Origin: Girardia tigrina
Lineage: Eukaryota
Assembly (NCBI GenBank): GCA_001938485.1
Contig: MQRK01173881.1
Span: 1 to 64,000, forward strand
Length of the DNA: 64,000 nucleotides
Direction of reading: 5' to 3'
Positions 54,800-64,000 of this stretch are shown here, in pieces (within the stretch, counting starts at the first letter, position 1; each line of letters starts with the position of its first letter). A program made the position numbers and the translations under genes. The notes beneath the pieces are model-generated. The model was given only the letters and a program-made list of their open reading frames with translations, did no database searches and had not been told where the DNA came from.

Positions 54800-55343
54800 G
54801 TAATGGTTTTTTTTTCATGTAAAATTTTAGATTATAAATGAATATTTAATATTATTTGTAAGAAATATCGGTTACAGATAAAAATACAGCATTTTTTCAA
54901 AATATAGTCTTTTACCTATTCAACAAAAACAATTAAACATTTTATAAAAACAAACACAAAAGAAAATCAAAACCAAATACAAAAATTTTATTCCAAATAT
55001 TTAATTGCCTCACATATTGCATAAAACAGCAATCTTGGTAATATTTATCATAAAAAAACTGAAAATAATTAACTTCAAATATTTATTCAAATTCAAATTG
55101 TACACGTTTAACCTTATTTAAACAAAAACATCAAGAGACTTAGTTCAGAATATTTTTTAATCAATTATGATGATATAGTAAATGTTATGTTAATATAATA
55201 AAGATAGAAGAGACATAAATATAATTAATTATCCTTGCAATTTTCAAGTAATTAAATTACAAAATTTAATGCAAAATAAAACAAAGTAGTAATAAAAGAC
55301 AATTAGAAAATTGAAAAAAATGCTGTACCGGTGATTAAAGTGG

Positions 55344-55606
55344 TAATACACTAATATACATGACATGTTTCGCCCGTCTCTAAACTTCGCCAGGTAAATA
55401 ACAAATTCTGTCTGACGGGAATAATTGATGATAAGTCTGACAAAATAACAGATTTTTTTATTGTATGAAAATAATATAAATAAATCTGTTATTCTATCAC
55501 AGACTCATCATTTTCTAGTCGTCAGACAAATAATCATTTGTTATCTATTCAATGGACGACCAATCTGATGAAGTTCAAAGACCAACGAAATATATTGATG
55601 TATTAA
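55344..55606. repeat. Long imperfect inverted repeat with a degenerate hammerhead at each end (Penelope pLTR-like)
   Basis: Paired arms AATAACAGATTT/AAATCTGTTATT, TGTCTGACG/CGTCAGACA and AACTTCGCCAG/CTGATGAAGTT. GAAACATGTC on the minus strand and GAAATATATT on the plus strand. Confidence 0.8.
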
Positions 55607-58600
55607 TTAAATGCTTTTATTGTTGTTTAAATTATTGTTTCATTCTCAAATAATAAAAGAAAAAAACAAAATCGACAGAATTCTCTCATTTAATTTTACC
55701 AACTTTTTCAAATATACCAAAAAGTGATAAATATGTCAACTCTTATTAGTAAAGTTTGGTTTTAATATGTGTTGATAGAATATTAAAATTCAGTGTTGAG
55801 CATACACAATCAAATTCTTGTTCATTATCGTATTAATATCTGAGCAACGCTAGAAAAATAATATAAATAATATTGTTTTCTTTCCAAATTATTTCTATTA
55901 ACATTCAATTTCAATGAAGACTGTCGTTAAAGAATATTAGATAGCCAATGTTGTGGGTAAAATGGACTATTTTTCATTCTGCCCAATATTTTCCCCATTG
56001 AATTACAATAAAGGGCAGCAATTTATGAGTCATAAAGTTGGTTGTGTGTTTAAGAGTTGGTGTGTTTAATTGGATTGGGGAGGGGGTAGAGGTGAATGAA
56101 AATTGCAGTACAATTTCATCAATAGGGGGGAATAGGTACGTTGGCGTAAACATTTCAGAAGATAGATTAGGTTGCTACAGTAGTTTTAGTCTCTCATAGG
56201 AATCACCTTTCTCATTTAACGATTGTGTATGTGTGTGTGTGTCTTTCAGAGAATTTGAATGTATATCGTCGAATGGTTGTGTATCTATAATTTGTAAATA
56301 TCTACTTGATCTCGGTTGTATTAAAAGAGACACACGCTAATGCACTTGCGGCCGAATACAGACACGCATTCCCAAAGTGTAGTCGCATGCACACACACAC
56401 AAACACATCGACATAGACGTATCCTCGAACAGTAACCAATTCGATTAATGGTCTTACTGCTTTGATGACGATGAAGCTGTTGTCTCAGTCTATTTACTGA
56501 TTATATTTGTTGCTATTTCGTGTATCATGACTATTCTGTTATTTTTACTTGCCTATTAAGAGCTCAGAAAAAGAAATTTCAACAAATGAGTAATTTTGTT
56601 GTAATTTCTCAAAATTGATCTATGAATATTTTTTAATACAATATGGAGGAATAAAATATCAATATAATTTCAGTTAAGTTTTGTTTTAAAAGTAATTCAA
56701 TTCAATACAAAAAAAATTTTTTTTTGAGATATCCTCTAATCACCTGGACATAAATACTTGTTTGAGATTGTGAGTCTATTCTGTTTGTATTTACTCTACA
56801 GACAAGTCAGATTTACAGTAATTAATTTCTGTCAATTCATTGATTAAGACATAGTTCGCAATCGGCATTAGAGTTAGGGATTTCATTTTAATAATCCTGC
56901 TTAGATTTAATGGATTTCATTTCTTTCAAACTATATCAAAAAATAAAATTATTGAAATACCATTATACAATTGAAATATATATGTATACGATTGTTGAGT
57001 GCTGTCAATGAGGCCTGATTGTGTGCGTGGTTTGTGTGTGTGTTGATTGTGCAATGATTGCTATTGAGTCATATTGACGCATGATATCTCTCTCTAGCCG
57101 ACTCACTTCAATTAATTTTCAAATTATAAAAATAATTTTAAAAAAATATATTATTATAAATTTATATGCAAATTTTCATTTCACAAATTAATACCTGTAA
57201 GAAAGAATGAAAAAAGCTTACCTGTTTTATTTAAGTTTTAATTGTGCAATGTCTGTGTGATGTTATCTTATAATTATTTTTTTTCTGATTTTTTACGAAC
57301 TATTTTTACATGAGAAATTTGAGTAATTATATTTTTAAAGATAATTTAAATATCTTTTACTGGGATTATAAAAATCCGATTTTTCGTTGAATATTATACC
57401 GGTTTTATCATAATTTTTTTTTGAAAAATTAATTACTAAAAATAAAATTTTCATTTTGTGTGTTAAAATTTAACAATTATTAATCTGTGTGGATTTTTTT
57501 AATTAATTATTAAGTTAATTGTTCTTAAAAATTTTAACACTTCAAAGACTTAAAATTTAGATATTTATAAAACAGAAAAAAAACATTAATCATGAAAATT
57601 TTAAATTAAAACTTTTTTAATTTATTTTTTATTCAATATTTAAAATTTTTGATATGCATCATTTATATGGAAAATTGAAAAAAAATTGATAAAAAAATAA
57701 AAAATTATACTCTTAGAATCTTTAATTATAAAACATTTTTGTTAAAATAGTTTGAAAAGTAATTCTTCTTGTAAAATTCTAAATAACTTAAAAGATACTA
57801 ATAAATTGAAATAATTTATTCTTTAATTCTAAAAAATTAATATTTGATTTTTAATACAAGTTTATTTTAAATTGAAAAAAAAGCTATGAATATAATTAAT
57901 ATCGATCAGTCTACAATGCAGACAATATAGTTGTACAAAAAGCAAATATTTAGTTATTAAATCTACAGAATTTTTCATTTTATCTTACTACAATTTTTTT
58001 TTCATTTTTTTCTCTCATAAAATTACTGAAAAAAATATTTTGTATCAACTTTGTATTATATTTGAGAAATTTCGAGCTAAACGAAATTACTCTTTTGACA
58101 AAATGAATATATAATCATCAAATATTTCTGGTAAATTTAGAAATATTTGAAAGATTAAAAGTGAATATTAAAATATTATTGAATGTTTTTTCCTGTTTTT
58201 TTATACTTTCAATTTCTTTTTTTTCCTTTTATGAATGATACAAAGTAATATTTTCAATTTTAAATTGTTTTTTCCTAAATATATCTTTAATAATGTAATT
58301 AAAAATTTCTAAATATTTCCGAATGTATCTATTTATTATTATATTTAATGGTTTGACATTGGAAATTAATTCATAAAATTACGTGTGATGTTTCCATTGT
58401 GTTTTTTTCTTTCTTTTTTTTTGAAACTATTTTTGGTCATGGAAGACCGAAGAATTATGTTCTAAACCTGCGATAAACTTGGAAATATTGTGTAATAATG
58501 TGACATAACAAAATTTTTTTTAAGACACAGGAAATCATAATTCTTTTCTCGTAAATTAAATGAGAGTCTTATCCAAAATGCAAAGAAAATTTTGTTTTTA

Positions 58601-58713
58601 TTTCTTCTTTACATATTAAAACAAAATGTACTTTTAAAAATCAAATCTCATAATTTTTTTTAAAAAAAAAGAAAATTGTTTTTAATAGTTTCTCACATTT
58701 TAACAAAAACAAT

Positions 58714-59201
58714 TGTGAGGAATATTTTAAATTGTTTGAATGTGTAAATGTATGTATGTTTTATGTTGATTTAAGTATGTTGAATTTAGAATGGTGATTC
58801 TCCCACCCAGATGGAAATTGGTATTTTTTTATTAAGTTGACTATTCGAACATAATTAAAATAATCATTTTATAAGTTCATATCTTTAATTTGAGAATTAA
58901 AATTAAGTTTAACAATTTTTAGTAAAATTTAAATTAAATGCATTTTTAATAATTTGATGTCATTTTTATTATTTTGGGATTTATTAAAAAATGGTAAAAA
59001 TTAATATTTTTAATTAATATTTTTTAGAGGTTAAATATTTTAAAAAATAATTTAGAAAAATTGTTCGAATAATCATGATTAAAAACATAAATAAGAAAAC
59101 CAATTATAACAATGGCAAACGATGAAAGACCTTCTGAGAGTCTTAATGACTCTAAATGTAATTGCAATAAAGATTTAAACAAGACTTAAATGTTCTTAAT
59201 A
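58714..59201 (+). mobile_element. Solo LTR family A
   Basis: Perfect TSD ACAAT; TGTGAGGAA...GTTCTTAATA. Confidence 0.95.
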
Positions 59202-59356
59202 ACAATTACTTCGAAAATTATATTCTTTTATTTTTTATGTGCGATTGATTGAAATAATGTTTGTGGTTATGGAAATTAATTTATTATTTTGTAAACAAAT
59301 TTAAAAAGTAATGGTCATTATTTTGGAAAAAAAGAAACAATTTTAAAATATATTTG

Positions 59357-59399
59357 ATGATAATATATTTCGACGGTTTTACCGTCATCTTCAGATCAC
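59357..59399 (-). ncRNA. Minimal hammerhead ribozyme, near-intact
   Basis: Minus strand: GUGAU CUGAAGA U GACGG-UAAAA-CCGUC GAAA UAUA UU AUCAU. 5-bp stem I, perfect stem II, palindromic stem III, AUU triplet. Confidence 0.85.
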
Positions 59400-59499
59400 T
59401 GATTATTAGCTTTAAAAAAATTTAAATATTCTATAATAAGTATTTTTTTATTAAAATAAAATTATTTTGTGAACCAATAAAATATTTTACAAACCATTA

Positions 59500-60030
59500 A
59501 AATCAATGAATCAAAATTGATTAAAGTGGATTTAATTTGCATTTGACTGCCACAAGGGCGCGATCGTGAAAAGGAACCAAGTCTTCTGTAGTTGTTCCGA
59601 CAATCAGGAGGAGATCCGTCACTATTATTTCAGCAATGAGTAGTGGTGGAATTCTATTTTCAAAGATGATTGACGATGGTACTGTAACTGCAGTAAAGTT
59701 TTATGGCTTTATGATGGAGCTCGTTACCGAAGTACAGGCTAAAGGTGGATACGAAAACGCTTGGATTCTTATGGGTAATGCACGTATTCACCGTCGGGTC
59801 GATATTAAAAAAATTTTCTTCAAACTTCTTTAACATTAAAGTTTTTTCATCATATTTGTACATGTTAAACCCTATTGAACATGTATTTTCGAAAGTAGAG
59901 TCTGTTGTTCGGGCAAATTTAATCGATTGGAAGGCATAGGTGCAGTTAGTAAACAGAATTGCAATGATTATATTATGAACATGCTAAGAAATATTTCGAT
60001 TGCAGCAGTAGGTGAAAAATTCAATGTTTA
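59500..60030 (+). pseudogene. IS630/Tc1-like DDE transposase remnant
   Basis: ILMGNARIH (DNARIH) and SYLYMLNPIEHVFSKV (PYSxxLNPIExxFSK). Confidence 0.8.
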
Positions 60031-62349
60031 ATGTAATAAATATTAATTGGTTATCTTATTACCGATTTTCATGATCAAAATTTACAAAATATTTTAAAAA
60101 TATATTAATTGTTTATAATTTTACTGGTTTTATTGGTACAACTTTATTGGTTCACAAAATGAAAATTAGTTTACCAAATGATTTTAATAGCTTGCAAATG
60201 GATGATTGTTTAATGGATTACGTAAAATTAATCGAATATTCTTAACAAATTGATTGACACAATACCATTTCTAGACAGTCACAAATAAGCGTCTTAAATG
60301 TTGGGAAGATACAAAGTTTGTTAGGATTGCAATATTTTGGTTTATCCATGTTGCGGGAAATATTATTAGCTATTTAGCCAAACAAATATATGTATAGACA
60401 AAATCTTTGTTTTGTCGTTATTTTATTCTTCAAACAATGTTTCATAGCATTTCAAACTCATTTTATATGTTTTTCTCCAACTCATTTACAAAGGAAGCCT
60501 TTAGTGTTTATTTCGCTTTACTTTTGTTCCAAAATTTTAGGTTTATTTTCAATAAATTTGATACTGATAATTATTATTGTACGTAGTAAAAATGCCAGTG
60601 CAATTGTATTGTCCATTCAATTATTAAAAAATCCAATTTAAACCCAAGTAACTGTGTTACAAACATTGCTTTTAGGATCATGAGATCTTATTAACAATGC
60701 TTCATATGATACCCTCAAAATAATTTTTAAAAAACTTGCACAGAATTTTTAAATAATTTATACTCAAGTTACATTTAAAAGTTTTCCTATACTCATCAAT
60801 ATTACTCTTGCCCCCTCATATTTTATTTTATTTGAAAATATAAAATCGATTGTGTAATTTAATTGAATTGATATTTTACGAAAACTGTAATTGAATATAA
60901 AGAATAGATTGTATTATAAAGTGAGAGAGAAACTAATTATCCAAACATTTCTACTAGAGTTTGATCAATAATTTTAGAGAAATATTTCCCATTTTCAAAT
61001 AAAAAAACAAATGTATTTGCAATAGAAGAAGCGAATTGAATCTATCAAATTGATATTAATGGATTCATTAATAATTATTATTTTAAAAAATTATTTTTAC
61101 TCATTCAACTACAGTTATAATTAGTAATAAAATTGAATAGATGGATAATTAATCATCATATTTCTATTCTTTTCAATTTAACTTTTGATTTCGCTTGTTC
61201 TAGTGCTAATAGATTCTCGCTGGAAGATTCTCTCCGCAAACAGAATCATTTCTCAAACGATAATCGAAATGTAATTACTCTGCAATTTTGACATAATTAT
61301 AATAGAAATTTATTCTTCAATTTATTGAATCAGTTTTTGCAGATATACCTTTTCTTTTTAAGTTTTTTTTCTTTTCCTTTGAAATAATTAATGAAAATAT
61401 TCTTTCTAAATTGAAAGTAAGAAAAAGAAATTAATTCATTTCATTATTTTTGTCAATGGTTATATTATTTTTAAATAATTTTTGTTTTTTTTGTCGTTTA
61501 ATAATTATTTTATTTATTTAAATTAATTTTTTAAAGAATCGGTTTTTCAAAATATGAAAAATAAATTTTAGATTTTATTAATTATTTTAAATTATCTATA
61601 AATATTCAATTTCTTTTAAATGTTTTTTTTAATTTAAGAAATTGCATTTAGTAGGATTTTAGTTTTTCTAAAAAAAGTTTTTTATTATTTTAAAAAAATA
61701 TAAATTTCTTTGTTGTATAATATTCTAGAAAAATTTTAACAATGTAAATGAATGAAAAAATTTAAATTGAAATTATTATAAAATTAGTTTTTTTTAATTG
61801 ACATAATAAATGTTTTTCTTCTTTCTGTTTGTTTTTCAAATTAGAAAATAGGAACATGTTATTAGATTATTTTTTAATTTTTTAAAATTTTTTTGAGATT
61901 TTTCGAGACACAGATAAAAAGTACTTATATTCACATTGTTCTTTGCGTACTTATGAACCTAAAATGATTTTCGGTTTTCTTGATCGAAAAGAATTGAATT
62001 AAATGTATATAAGTTAGATTGATAGATTAGACTCAAGCCTTATAATTTGGAACCCCTAGGGAAATTCCAGGGCGACATCGTACATCATGACCGTCAACAA
62101 GCCCAAATGAAACAAAAATCATAATTTCAAGTTTGTCTCTATATATCACTCAGATACACAATTGATTACTAATAATACAAATATTTTAATGTTTCATTTA
62201 TTAATTTTTTCCCTTTTATTTAATATTTATTAATCCATGATAATAAGAAAATGTACAAAATTATCAGTAGAAAATTAAGAAAAAATAAATAGACATTTGG
62301 ATATGTATGAAAACCTTTAATGGATATTTTAAGAATCATTCTTCATAAT

Positions 62350-64000
62350 TGTGAGGAATATTTTAAATTGTGTATGATGTGATGTGTCGATTTGAGTGTG
62401 TTCACATTGTAGTTGTGATTCTCCCACCCAGTTGGGAAATTAGTGCTTTATTGTACCTGCGATCACTGATCATTTGAACAGAATTTATATTTTTAAAATT
62501 AATGAAAATTAAATAATCTGACAAGATTTAAATTTAAAAAGTGATAATATAGGGTAATTTCTAATATAAGTAATATTTTTCAAAAATTAAAATAAGCATG
62601 TTTAATGTTTTTATTAAAGAAGTTTATTTTTTTAGAATTTCAGATAATTTTAAAATTATTTTTTTATAATTTTACTAATTATTTAAAAATTAAAATAATA
62701 ATAAATGGTGAAATTTTTGTTCGAATAATCATTATTAAAAATTCAGAAACTGCGCTAATTATTGAGTTTTTCGGAAAGTAATTTCGTTTTTTCCGGACAG
62801 TGGATTTAACTGTTTTTCGATCCCAACTTTACGCTTAAGCCACATAATCATTATATGTTTTGATAGGTGATATAGCAAGGCGTGTATGTGAAAAAGTTCA
62901 ATTGAATTTAAGCAGTAGTTTTTGGTTGGTGCCCTTTTAAATATGGAGAGCAATAAGCAACATTTTCGTCATATTTTACTTTTTTACTGTTCAAGCCAGA
63001 AAGAAATTAACCGATATGTATGGAAAAGATGTGTTGACAATAAGCCAGTGACAGAACTGGTTTGCGTAATTTCGATCCGGCAATTTTTATGTCTAAGATG
63101 CACCACGTTCTGGAAGGCCCGTTGAAGCTGATAAAGGCAAGATAAAGGCATTAGTTGATGCGAACCAGAGATTAACAACAACTGTTTTTGACCACCTGAA
63201 TTGCCTGGCTTTAACCTCGAAGTTCGATATATCGGTTCCCCATGTCCTCGTGGAGAGAAATTTGTGTCGTCGCGTTGTGGTCTGTGATTCGCTCCTCACG
63301 AAAATTATCTATTTTTAAGCGCATCATTACTGGGGACGAAAAATGAGTTGTATATAACAATGTCAAACGCAAGAGATCATGGAACAGAAAAGATGAAGCG
63401 GTAGAAAACATTTCGAAAGCCAATATCCATAAAAAAGGTGAGGCTGTCTGTTTTGTGGGATTTTAAGAGTCGTTATTTTGAGCTTTTACCGAATAACATA
63501 TGAATAAATTCGGAAGTCTACTGTCATCAGCTGCACAAACTGAATGATGTACTTCAACAGAAAAAGCCAGAATTAATCAATAGAAAAGGTGTAGTGTTCC
63601 ACCAAGATAATGCGAGACTGCATACAAGTTTGGGCACTCGCTAAAAGCTTTTACAGCTTGAATAGGATACACTGCCACAGCTACCATATTCTCCACATCT
63701 GGCGCCTTTGGATTATTATTTTTTCCAGTCACTGCAAAATTTATTGGACGGTAAAACCTTTACCTCAAATGAAGATTTCAAAAATCACCTGGATCAGTTT
63801 TTTCTAGCAAAGACCAAACATTTTATAATCGTGGAATCATGCTAATACAAGAAAGATGGCAAAAAGTGTTGGATCAGAATGGTCAATATATAATTTAAAA
63901 AAATATTTATTCATTAACCGAAGACCGTCTTTCATTTACACAAAAAAACGAAATCACTTTCCGAACAACCCAATAAAACGATGATAAATGTTGAAAGAAC
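62350..64000 (+). mobile_element. Family A LTR interrupted by a mariner; runs off the window
   Basis: TGTGAGGAAT start and CTCCCACCCAG core. Collinear with the 58714 copy up to 62759 and appears to resume after 63975. Confidence 0.85.
62762..63973 (+). mobile_element. mariner, mellifera-like, defective transposase at 62943-63898
   Basis: TIRs TTG(A/G)GTT(T/G)TTCGGAAAGT(A/G)ATTTCGTTTTT with TA TSD. MESNKQHFRHILLFY, TGDEK, HQDNAR and YSPHLAPLDY motifs. Confidence 0.95.

Noticed and set aside
57190-57225. Minus-strand GTAAGC...TTACAG|GT 27-nt mini-intron
   Set aside because: Too short, isolated, and without supporting exons.
61200-61275. Candidate next CSRNP exon
   Set aside because: The translation lacks the expected IR.SRE.CGC.C Cys-rich motif and reaches a stop.

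Overview
Very AT-rich eukaryotic DNA, most consistent with an invertebrate such as a triclad flatworm (inference from composition, ~50-nt introns and transposon content). Most of the window is nested, decayed mobile DNA: BEL/Pao and Ty3/Gypsy LTR elements, five mariner copies or fragments, piggyBac, hAT, pogo/Tigger, an IS630/Tc1-like remnant, an RLE non-LTR element and a tRNA-derived SINE. One host coding exon is recognisable (CSRNP/Axud1 family, 54220-54799). Four observations stand out. (1) A Gypsy LTR family present 10 times (7 solo LTRs with 5-bp TSDs) keeps a 22-32-codon Cys-rich ORF at its 3' end. This ORF reads through the LTR terminus and PBS into gag. (2) A different LTR-like segment (7064-7541) carries a TATA box followed by tandem micro-exon/mini-intron units. 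(3) At least five Penelope-type minimal hammerhead ribozymes are present, and the best-preserved ones are antisense to the host gene. (4) A GC-rich satellite is built of RFX X-box palindromes. All coordinates were counted by eye and may be off by a few bases.
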